Assembly: GCA_002633005.1 (NCBI GenBank)
Contig: NMRA01000240.1
Location: 93,351 to 157,350, forward strand
Direction: 5' to 3'
Length of the DNA stretch: 64,000 bases
Source of the DNA: Phoronis australis
Lineage: Eukaryota; Animalia; Phoronida
Under the pieces are notes generated by a model. It made no database searches. It saw only the letters and a program-made list of their open reading frames with translations, and was not told where the DNA came from. This document shows, one piece after another, positions 37,798 through 48,810 of this stretch (the stretch's first letter is position 1; each line of letters starts with the position of its first letter). The position numbers and the translations under genes were made by a program.

Positions 37798-38985
37798 TGT
37801 TACTCTTCGCGTGTAAGCGCAGACCACTGTTGTTCCTGGGTTTTCTTCAATTTTATCCTTATTACTCTGCGCGTGTAAGCGCAGAGTCCTGTTGTTCCTG
37901 GGTTTTCTTCAATTTTATTCTTCTTCTTATTATTCTTCCGACCAATGCTTTTCATATTGGTAAACGGGGTTTTGGGTTGCTGTCAGTAAATTCCCATAAC
38001 AATTCCTTTAATACGCAGGCGCAAAATCCATTATTGTCACGCCGTGACAATAATCTTTCTAGTTACTCTGCGCGTGTTAGCGTAGAGTACTGTTGTTCAT
38101 GGGTTTTCTTCAATTTTATTACTCTGCGCGTGCAAGCGCAGAGTACTGTTGTTCCTGGGTTTTCTTCAATTTTATTCTTATTCTTCTTATTCTTCTTATT
38201 CTTCTTCTTATTCTTCTTCCGACCAAATTTGAGGCTTAATAACTCCAAATTGGGTGCAGGTACGGTTTTTAAATTCAGCATATGACTTTGGACAGTATAT
38301 AAATTTTGATTGGTTATATAATCATATTCCATATTGCACCGGAAGAGGTCGTTTGGTTCTAAGGTCATATAATTTTCAAAATGCTATTCCTCCTTCAGTT
38401 TTAAAGCTATCTTTTTCAAATTCGGTGCACAGGTATACATGTAAGTTAACATTAAAAAATTACTTTTCTAAGTAATCAGGTCATCCAATCATTTGAAATA
38501 GGTCAAAGGTCATTAGGTGAAAACAAAAATTTTGAGCTAGACACTTCAAATTGACAGGTCTGATTGCCACAGGTAAAACAAATCGGAATCCAAAGTTTCA
38601 GGTCATTTAGTGTAAACATGGGGTCTTTAGCTGCATTTTTTCTTCTTTTCAATCAGCAAGTATTCTGATGTGTCAACCGTTAGACAACTGTGATTCCCAG
38701 CACTAAACACATTTTTATGGGTTTTGCAATAATTCTCCTAAAGACGCTTATGGTGCACCGGATAGGGTCAATTAGTGCAAAGGTCATGTAACGCTCAAAA
38801 TGTTATATCTCGTACGTTTTTCAAGGAATTCTTTTCAATTTCAGCACACTGGTGTAAGTCAACATGCCAATTGAATACCCTACTTTACTTCGCAATAGGC
38901 CTAACCAATCAGAAAAATAGGTCAAAGGTCATTGAGTGCAAACTTAAATTTTGAGCTAGAGACTTTAAAATTACATATCTATTTA
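37798..38985 (+). mobile_element. HINE/Helentron-like non-autonomous element with a quadruplicated terminal hairpin unit
   Basis: Four copies of TTACTCTGCGCGTG.AAGCGCAGAGT.CTGTTGTTCCTGGGTTTTCTTCAATTTTAT, then (TTCTTA/TTC)n, then two about 420-bp units each containing AGGTCAAAGGTCA. Confidence 0.5.
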
Positions 38986-39009
38986 TTAAGTGCGATTGAG
39001 TTTGAATTC

Positions 39010-39890
39010 AGATCATGTGACTTCTGCCAGTGAACAACTCCTAAGGGCAGGATCTCTAAAGTGCCATCGGGTGAGATGCCACTTATGGAAGAAAAGTTCC
39101 AGCGTATCGCTGTTGATTTGATTGGTCCTGTGTCGCCGATCACATACAGAGGCAACCGGTACATTCTCACCACCGTAGACTATGCCACAAGATATCCAGA
39201 GGCAGTCCCTCTACCAAGAATAGAAGCTGAGCGAGTTGCAGAAGCACTGTTTGAAATCTTCTGTGCAATTGGCTTTCCACGAGACGTGCTTAGTGACTGT
39301 GGGACACGGTTTACCTCAGAAGTACTGAAAGAAGTTGCACGGTTGATATCCATGAAGCAACTGTTCACCACACCGTACAATCCGAAATGCAATGGGTTGT
39401 GTGAGCTTATTAACGGTGCACTGAAGAGTATGCTTAAGAAAATGTGCCAAGAGCGACCACAAGACTGGGACCGGTACTTACCAGCAGTACTGTTCACTTA
39501 CCGAGAGGTACCACAAGAGAGCACAGGTTTTTCGCCAGTTGAACTGTTGTATGGTAGAACCGTGCGAGGGCCCATGCAGGTGCATAAAGAGTGAAACACC
39601 AGAGTATGGCCTCGACTTGCAACATCGTCTGGAAAAGACATGTGAACTGGTGCGGGAAAACTTACGAAATGCTGGTGAAGCATACAAGCACCATTATGAC
39701 AAAAAGACACGAGATCGTCGCTTCAAAGTGGGAGACCAAGTCTTAATATTGTTACCAACCGACAGTAAAAAGCTGCTACTGCAGTGGAGGGGTCCCTTTG
39801 AAGTGACCGAGGTACTCAACAAAATGGACAGCCGAGTAAGGGTTGGTGGAAAGACCAAAAGACCAAAACATACCATGCCAACCTCTTGAA
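39010..39890 (+). pseudogene. Gypsy integrase (end of Zn finger, DDE core, GPF/SH3-like tail)
   Basis: SCDFCQ*, FQRIAVDLIGP, ILTTVDYATRYPEA, LSDCGTRF, TTPYNPKCNGLCE, FKVGDQVL...WRGPF; frameshift near 39590. Confidence 0.92.
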
Positions 39891-40129
39891 ACTCTACATA
39901 TCTCGTGATCAAAGTGGGGCTGCAAGTAAAGATGATGCAGATCAGAATTCTGACATCGCGGCCATAGCTGTACTGCAGCCTGAAATGGACAATGAAGTTG
40001 GCGTTGTCGATGATGAACATTTACTAGGGCTGGGATCGACAAACCAAAAAGAAACGTACAAAGATGTCAAGACATCAGACGAGCTCACTACTAGCCAACA
40101 AAGTGAGGTGATGACTCTGCTAGAAGAGT

Positions 40130-41444
40130 ACTCTGACATATTTATTGAAGTACCAGGTACGACCCATCTGATTGAGCACAAGATTGAGACCATCAGTGAA
40201 GAGCCGGTGAGAGTCAAGCCTTATCCCCTGCCATATGCCACACGGTCGATTAAGCAGGAGGAAGTTGACAACATGTTCAAGTGTGGAGTCATAGAACAGT
40301 CCGATGCACCCTACAACTCTCCGGTGGTCTTAGTGAAGAAGAATGACGGTTCAAATCGATTGTGCATCGATTTTCGTCGTTTGAACGCCGTTACCAAGTT
40401 TGACACGGAACCGATGGGCAATCCTGACTATGATCAGTAAAAACCAGTATTTTACGAAGATTGATCTACGTAAAGGGTACTGGCAAGTCATTGTCGCCGA
40501 AGAATCACGATCTAAGACCTAGTAGTACCAAGTGGTAGCTACAAGTTCGTAAAGATGCCTTTTGGTCTGGTAAATTCAGCAGCGACCTTCAACCGCATAA
40601 TGCGAAAGATGTTGGCAGGAGCACATATTACAGAACATCACGTGGATGATATTCTGTGCCATAATAAGACCTGGACTGAACACCTTGCCACCTTGCGAGA
40701 CACCTTCCAACGTGTGCGAGAGGCTGGACGAACGATTCGACCCACCAAGTTTTCGGTTGGATCTCGTTCCGTCGATTTCGTTGGGCATGTGGTCGGTGAA
40801 GGGCACCTGGCAATGGATGGAGAAAAGTTAGGACGCATCCGAGATGCACCACGACCCAGAACGAAGAAACAAGTTCGTTCTTTTCTTGGGTTGGCTGGAT
40901 ACTACAGGAAGTTCATGCCAAACTTTGCTGAAATCGCCGTCACGCTTACTGACCTCACGAAGAAGAAACGGCCTAACACCGTGCAATGGGAAGAAGCTCA
41001 GCAGCATGCATTCGACAGTCTTCGAGACCTGATGACGCGAGTACTTAAACTGAGATTACCTGATTTCAGTAAATCTTTTATTGTTCAGACTGATGCGTCA
41101 GATACTGGAATAGGCTGTATTTTGTTGCAGGACTATGATGATGGCAGGTTCCCAGTAGCATGTGCTAGTAAGAAAATGTTACCCCGGGAACGGAATTACT
41201 CTGTCATAGAGAGGGAATGATTGGCTATTGTATTTGCTATCAGAAAATTTGCGAAGTACTTGTGTGGTAAAGAATTTATCATTCATACTGACCATCAACC
41301 CCTTGCTTAAATTGAAAAAGTAAGTTAGTTAATGGACGCATCATGAGGTGGGTCTTGTTTTTGTAAAACTATCGATTTAAGGTTGAAGCTATCAAAGGCT
41401 CAGAAAATGTTGGTGCCGATTACCTGAGTAGGTTAGAGTATTGA
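40130..41444 (+). pseudogene. Gypsy reverse transcriptase and RNase H
   Basis: PYNSPVVLVKK, RLCIDFRRLN, KIDLRKGYWQ, MPFGLVNS, HVDD (mutated YVDD), VRSFLGLAGYYRKF, QTDASDTGIG, YSVIERE*, NVGADYLSR; stops and frameshifts. Confidence 0.93.
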
Positions 41445-41545
41445 AGATTCATGAGAATTGGGTAATAGATCTAAGTGTTAATCAATATTTAAGTCTTCCA
41501 TGTTGAGAAAATCTTAAGAAGTATTTTCTTGAGGAGGGGCTTATT

Positions 41546-42442
41546 TGTCAGAATAAATATTGATCAAGTAATTAGTAAGTATAAATCCATTTTAAGTTGC
41601 CCAAAATTTGTGCATATGTACTTTTAAATCATGTGGTCAGATTTGTTGACAGGTATTTGAACGTCAAAATCTATTTTTGGACGGTGTTTACAACTTTGGG
41701 TTCTGGGGTCAAAGTACTCTAGAAATTCTAGAATATTCTGAGAACAAATTGTAACAGCCAATAATGCGAGTGGATATGATCATGTGGTTTTTATTAGCCA
41801 ATCACTAAATAAGTAGAATGTTATATTTTGGGCTGAAATCAACAAGATAAGTAGATGCGCTATAGTAGTTGAAGCATAAAGACTTGCTACAGTGTACAAC
41901 GGAAATTGTACGACAGAGCCATCTCGTGGAAGATTCTAGAAAGGATCTTGGTAAGGGCAAGGGTTAACGAAGAGGAAGTTAACTGAGAGCTTGTCACTTG
42001 CATTGTGGGTAGTAAGGTACTACCTGAAGTGTTGCGTCATCAGCTCGAGACTGTGACCAGCAAGAAGAATCGCGGGTAGAAGAAATTGCCTGCAAGTGTT
42101 GCATCACCAAAGACGGTGACCAGCAAGCACACTGTCGCTAGACAGTGTGTGTAGTTCGAAAATTCACAAACAAGACAGACATCCAACAAGTGGAGAGTCC
42201 TAGCTTGGATAGCAGATAAGACATTTGATTATTTTGGTTGTTTGATTAAAGTAATCTTTAAAGAGGGCGCTAGCGTGCTTACTCTTGATTAGTTGATTAC
42301 TTAATTCACAATATGTTTCATTTGTCTAATAAGTGGTAATAAATAATAAATTAATAGCTGGATTTGATTATTCACTCTCCATTTACGCACAATCTCAAAG
42401 CATAGCTACCTTTTAAACAAACCCACAGTTAATCATCTGACA
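41546..42442 (+). repeat. 3' LTR (897 bp)
   Basis: TGTCAGA...TCTGACA terminal inverted repeat, preceded by polypurine tract GAGGAGGGG (41531-41539), with AATAAA near the 3' part. Confidence 0.85.
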
Positions 42443-42450
42443 GTCATGTG

Positions 42451-44132
42451 TTAAAGTCCTTCTTGCAAACTGCCCATGTGGTTCCAGTATCCGAAAATAC
42501 TTACTACATAAATTCTTATTTTCGACACCCTTTCTTTATATTCTTTTCGCCTTTCTTCCTAAAAGCGATTTTTTAACACTATTTGACCCTTCTCTCTGAG
42601 CGTATGATTACCGGTTGTCATCGGTTATTTCCGTACCCACATTTCCGGCTCACCAGTTCAGGAACTTGTCCTGAGCGACGCCCTTTTTTCCTTGTAACTG
42701 AATGTGCTATGGCTTGCTCAAAAAGTCTTCATTATTTTGTTTTATTAGTAATATATTGTGATTTGTTTGCATATGTAGTGTATTTATAGTTTGTAGTTAG
42801 TGGTCGTTGATTTTTTTGGAATGTTACGCGTACTTAGTATGTTAAAATAGCATTGGTGTTTAGTTCCTTATGTAGGCGGGTCGAACCTAGGAACCAATAT
42901 GGGTCGAACCAAATTTTTTCGGTTTTATTTTTTTACTCGTTTTGAAAAAGTACTTTGCTATCATCGGAATGGTAGTACATTCTACTCAGAAAAAATCGAA
43001 AAAGTATCAAAATCGGGGCAAGCACTGTAAAGTTATTGCAAGTTTTGTGGCGAAATTTGGGTCACTTTGTTTGGATCGCGTCGGCCATATTGGAGGACAG
43101 CGGGATGAGTTACGAGTTTAAAACTGTGTAAATTGTTTTCGCCAACAAATTACGGTGAAATTTAGTTAGACATATCTTTAATTACTATTCTGCACGATTT
43201 AGCAGTGTTCACCAAATTTCAGCCTCGCAGTTGTTACTCATTAAGTGATAAATGTGCTCACAATTCCCGTTGGACTTCGTCTCATTTCTGGCGGCACCTA
43301 CAATGTCGAGTTTTGCTGAACTGAAAGGCATGTTCAATCGGCTACTTTGCAATTTGTGAAGATTTAACGTTGATACATTTTGACAAACGTTGCTATAAAA
43401 AAGAAACTTTGTTCAATTTTCGTGTTTTTTGTGTTTGTGGCCAGCGACCAGTTAGGCCTAAGGGTAGTCTTGGCGCAAAGCTGTATAGGCCTACTAAGAA
43501 GCTGTATTTTGACTATAGTCTTCACTGGTAGGTGGTGACTGACGCTAACTATGATCTGCCGCGGCAGTGTGACACAGGACTAACCAGCCCGTAATGTCAT
43601 GCAAGTGTCTGAAACTACCCTTGAATATATGCAGCATTTATCATTTGACCATTTTACTTCGACAAAACAGCTTGCAACCGCATGCATTTACCGTTCGCCA
43701 GTGTCTGGTCTCGATCCGCACCGGGTCCGATAGGCTGCGGTCCCAAGTCTGGCAAAATAAATTTTGTCAATATTTATTTGCCACATTTCTTCAGCAAATT
43801 CGATAAAATTGTCCGTAGTTTGATTTTTATCAAAATTAAGGGGCGCTGTCGATTTTTTATCCCCGTTTGCTGGCTGGTAACAGTATAGGCACTGCTCCAG
43901 TCGCACTGACGGCGTTTTCTCGGCCTGGGTTCCTGAATGAATTGTACTTCCGGGTTCGCGGCAAGTTCAAAATGCCGGTGTTTCTTCGGGTGCGAATCGT
44001 GAGTGGCGCGTTCATTTAAACTGTTTTCGAGTACGGATCGTGTATTAGTTAAGGGGTAGGTACTTCTTGGATCCTTATAACATCTTCTAACCATGTAATA
44101 AGGGTTAACAACGCGTGAGAGAAGAACTTTAA
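42451..44132. mobile_element. TTAA-flanked Kolobok-like element, copy 2 (internally deleted)
   Basis: TTAA at both ends, highly similar to 3531-6083 but lacking about 880 bp (copy-1 about 4503-5386). Confidence 0.85.
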
Positions 44133-44670
44133 GGTCTACTCTGTAGTGAATATTGACTTTATTTTCCAGATTTCCAAATTGTCCTCAATAGTTTCCACAG
44201 TTTTCTACAAAAGAGTGGGCACTGTTTGCAGACTTGGTAGGACAATTCTGAAGAACCCTGTACTGAGCTCACACTTGTTTTTGAAAGCATTTCCTGCACT
44301 AGTAAAAAATAACAGTTGATTGAAGAAACGACAAAAAGAAACTGGTCAATAGGTGTAGTTCTATTTCATGGAGTTTGAAAGCCAACGCATATAGTCGCTC
44401 TCCACTACTTTAATGGCAGAATAATAATACGGTTAACTAATTCAACTTACTCAAGAAAAAGTACAGTTCTTTTTCTTATTCATGATACAGACAAATATCA
44501 ATACCCGCTAGACGGCTTTTGTCTGTCGAAGTTCACATGGAGCTCACAAACATCGTTCAAAGAAGTACCATAACAACTAGTATATGACTATCGACTGAAT
44601 ACGCCACAGTTCTTACAAGAGCAGTGATGTAACTAACAATTTTTGGAATTATTGGGTTTTTACTTGAGAT

Positions 44671-44825
44671 ATTCTACATTCGTGGCACAATGTTGTCAGA
44701 TATAGAGTTTCATTCTACAGCCGTGACACAATTTTGTGTGGTGTAGAGTTAATTCTACAGCCGTGGCACAATGTTTTCAGGTAGAGATTTTCATTCCACA
44801 GCCGTGGCAAAACGTTGTCAGGTAG
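44671..44825. repeat. Minisatellite, about 41-bp unit x4
   Basis: ATTCTACAGCCGTGGCACAATGTTGTCAG...AGAGTT repeated. Confidence 0.8.
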
Positions 44826-47089
44826 GAACTTAAGTTCACCTAGTTTTTATGACAATAACTTGTCACATCAATGCAAAGCTATATTTTTTGTATTTCTCCA
44901 ATTTGCACCAGTTAAAGAGCAAGGTCCAGACTAACGATGAGATAGACAATTCTTACGTCTCAAATGACCCCGGTGCAGACGGTGGCCATCCCAAAAGCCC
45001 TCCATGCTCAGACATTTATGCCTCGCACTCATTAAAACATTAAACTTGTGGTGCTATAAGTACCTTTTGTGAGTAGAAGGGCTTTTTAGGAGGCCATTAT
45101 TGACATTTATGTCTAACTCTTCCCAGCTCCAACGAATATTCCAGCAACCAGTTCTTCGTTCAGTTGCTCAAATTGGGAAACGACCATTTCTACACTGCTC
45201 GCACCTAGTGATTTGTCGTCGTGGTGGGAACTCTTTAAAGCGGGGCCTCTGTTACTCATTTAATAATAGCTTTGTTTAACAAAATGTGTTCGAGAAAATA
45301 GAAAGTCCCCAATGGTATAACGGAACAATTCCTAAAGAGGCACGGAACGCAAATCTCGTAAAAAGTACTGTTTAAACAAATCGTACCCAATCTACGTCTT
45401 GGGATGTTAATGAGAGACATATTCACTTTGAATGTCAGAATTTCTTGAAAAATCGTCAGCTACATTATTTATTAAATCATTTTTGGCCAAAGTACAATTA
45501 GAAAACGGGACAATCGCCGCAAAAATAAAAAAGTTCATGTTAACTGAACGTTTCGTCTATTCATAAGACATTATCAGGATACAGAATGTACAGTAGGACA
45601 ACAAGTGTCGATTACCATTTAAGTGACATCCATGTCGTGAAATGAGAGTAAGAGATACATGTACATGGAAAGTAAGTAGGACATCACCATAGTTGCAGGG
45701 TCACTGAGCTCTGCATGTTATTGAGAGAATCAGTAGCATGCTGATTATGAAACATTGACAAAATATCAACTTTTTCTTCCCCACAGTTTCGAATTCTCCG
45801 CCTCCAATAATACATGTGCATATGTGCGTGCATGATCTTCATGAAAATGGACTGGCTGCTGCTTGAAGTCAACATTGTCTTTTTACATCACAGATTAAAG
45901 AGAAACCGCTAAGTCTATGTCATACCAAATAAGGAGACGGTCTTTTGCTTGTGGGGAAGATCGACGAAATGAGCAATTGACATATTGTTTTTTGAAATTT
46001 GAAACCAAAGGAAAATATGTTGACATCAAAATCTTAACAATCAAATTGAAAAGATAACTGGTGAAAAGTTTGACTTTTGTTTCAAAGGCGGAAAGCCATA
46101 TTGAATACTATAATCTAGTCTGGTTTTCACGTTCCAGCCGTCGTTAAAGTGTTTAAATTAATTGTGAAGAAATAGACTATTAGCGAATTTAGCAACTCAA
46201 AATTTTGATCCTCTGCAAACCCACATGTTATTTTAGATACTCTAAAAGCCATAACGCGGGTTAGACAGTATTTGCGAGGCATACCGGTATATTGTACATG
46301 GGCTTTTAGAACAAAAATAATTTGTTTCAAGGAATTGAATGAAAGCTGTAGTGAAAATGTCTCAGGCCATGGCAAAATGATTACATGTAAAAGTGTATGA
46401 TGGGAAATGTGCTGAGTGAAGAGTGTTTTCTCGATTTGCGACTGTGTTTGCCAATACCATGTAGACGACCTATGTTCGAAAAGTGAATGGGGGTGTTCAG
46501 TTCTCCACAAAATAAGCTAGGGGGAGAGCATAAACGTGTTCTGGTACACAGCAGTGAAATAATATTGTAATTACCAACTTTAACGGAAAATATATATGTG
46601 GCCTTTTCACCTTGGACGGTGATTTTGCGGCCGTATGTGCTATACAACGCCTAAGATGATAACTCTGGGTCACTATCATAAACATTTTACTAAGTCTGAT
46701 GTGCACGCCACCTGCTAACCTCGTCATTTGACTTACATATTTATGGGTTATTATGATGATATTGAGATTCGTGATATACATGCCAACTAAAATGCGGGTG
46801 GCTACCTCTAAATTCAGGAATCAGGGAACTTGCCTCTTCTGTTCCCTCGTTTACTAAGTTATGCTCAGGTCGACGCGGTTTCTGAGTTCCAAGTACGACC
46901 GTGTCTCAAAAATACTAAGATTTCTTAAGAGATTTAATACCCTTTATTATACCTGTGGATAGAAAATAAGCCAAAAATATAAAATATATATTTTTCTGTT
47001 TTCGGGGTTGTACATAATGGGTGGAAGACCATCTTCATGCAATACTGAGGAATTGTGACGAAAGTCCACGGAAAGTCAACTTTTCAGAC

Positions 47090-47310
47090 AAGAAAAGGCT
47101 CGTTTGTGGATGCTGTAGTAACAGAAGCTTGACTGAGAACGTGTCTGTGTTCAAATTTCCTAAACGTGTGAAAGTTGCACTGAAGTGGCATCGGTTTGTG
47201 CACCGCACGAGAGTGTGGCAGAATATCACCAGTGCGAAACATGCGATTCAGTCGTGGGCCACCCCTTGTTAGACACATTTCAAGAAATCGTGTTTCAACC
47301 AAACACAAAG
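47090..47310 (+). pseudogene. THAP zinc-finger domain relic (transposon-derived)
   Basis: VCGCCSN...VSVFKFPK...KWHRFVHRTRVW...PC*THFKKSCF matches the C2CH THAP signature (FxFP, W, CxxHF), with an in-frame stop. Confidence 0.7.
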
Positions 47311-47679
47311 CGGCGCTACGATAGAAAACTCGCCACATTGTAAGTGTATTTGAAAATTTTATACGTAACAAGCAAACTGCTTCCATTCTAGGGCCAGTGA
47401 TGCCGGGCTCTCGACCCCGGTCCAGCTCGAGTACGAAACGTAGCGGTTTACGCCGCATTGCGTTCAGACCGTGCTCCTCCCATTGGCCAATAGTGAATGC
47501 GAATGACCCAGGTTTACTGAGTGGCCTTTGTTCGTGATTGAAAGTGTCTATTTTGTGGAAATTGGCAACCCCTTGGTTCAGTGTTTATGGCTCACATATG
47601 TCGCCAGCATTTCCGTGCAAGTGGGTCGAGTTCATTTGGCCTAAGCCGACAAAAGTTCGCTAAGTGAGAACTCATTATC

Positions 47680-48245
47680 GGAATGTTCTAAAACCACATT
47701 GACCCTCATACCCCTTGACCCCTACACCCCTCGACCCCCTCAGCCCATGACCTGTGGCAACAAATGAATTTTGCGCTTTTTAGATATTTCATAATCTTAT
47801 TGCGTAGCTGAGTGACTTTCCCAGTCTGCTCTGTCTCAAGCCAGAAAGTGTCGATCGTAAGAACGTGATCTGAAACGGCGCTTTGTGAGTGCGCGATGGT
47901 TGTCACCGAAACACTTTCACGAGCCGCTACCACTGAATGGTCCAGTTCTACTAAACTAAGGCAGTGAGTACGTTAACATGAATGTACACAGTTTCACAAT
48001 TTTATCATTTGATTTTTGTTGTGTACCCGTTTAAAATATACTCTGTATCAAGTTGAAATACCATTTAGTTAACAGTTTGTTTTTTAAGCTGTATTTACTA
48101 CTGAAATAACAGTTTTGTTGGTTCCTCGCACTCTCCGCAAAAAATGTTGAATCTGCCATTCACAGAAGAGCAGTCTAGACGATTACACTCTGCCGGGAAC
48201 GACATTTGTAAAGTTGGTAAGTCTTCGATTGGACTTGGTGGCGTT
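47680..48245. mobile_element. Left part of the dispersed element homologous to 11400-12027
   Basis: Shared blocks listed for 11400-12027. Confidence 0.65.
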
Positions 48246-48674
48246 GTTACTTGGCGGAATTCTTCCGCCAAGTATGTTGGTCTGACAGCAAGTTTTTTTT
48301 TTACTTGGCCAAGTATATTGCGCTGACACTAAGTTTGTTTTTTTACTTGGCGGAATTTTTCCGCCAAGTATGCTGATCTGACAGCAAGTTTTTTTTTACT
48401 TGGCGAAATAAATTTCGCCAAATATATTGCTCTGACACTAAGTTTGTTTTTTTACTTGGCGGAATTTTTCCGCCAAGTATGTTGATCTGACAGCAATTTT
48501 TTTTTTACTTGGCGAAATAAATTTCGCCAAGTATATTGCTCTGACACTAAGTTTGTTTTTTTACTTGGCGGAATTTTTTCGCCAAGTATGTTGATCTGAC
48601 AGCAAGTTTTTTTTTACTTGGCGAAATAAATTTCGCCAAGTATGTTGCTCTGACACTAAGTTTGTTTTTTTTTT
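48246..48674. repeat. Tandem repeat, 109-bp dimeric unit with TACTTGGCG...CGCCAAGTA hairpins, running into the gap
   Basis: ACTTGGCGGAATTTTT recurs at 48345, 48454 and 48563. Confidence 0.9.
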
Positions 48675-48810
48675 NNNNNNNNNNNNNNNNNNNNNNNNNN
48701 NNNNNNNNNNNNNNNNNNNNNNNNNNNNNNNNNNNNNNNNNNNNNNNNNNNNNNNNNNNNNNNNNNNNNNNNNNNNNNNNNNNNNNNNNNNNNNNNNNNN
48801 NNNNNNNNNN
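48675..48810. other. Assembly gap (136 N)
   Basis: Run of N. Confidence 1.

Larger units (their letters stand above)
38995..42442 (+). mobile_element. 5'-truncated Gmr1-like Ty3/Gypsy LTR retrotransposon (INT-RT-RNase H-3' LTR)
   Basis: Integrase, RT and RNase H motifs in that order, followed by a PPT and an LTR. Confidence 0.9.

Noticed and set aside
37725-38285. 186-aa hydrophobic ORF
   Set aside because: It is a translation of the repeated hairpin unit and TTC microsatellite
48246-48674. CRISPR-like array of palindromic repeats
   Set aside because: The intervening sequences are themselves repeated (no unique spacers), there are no cas genes, and the context is eukaryotic
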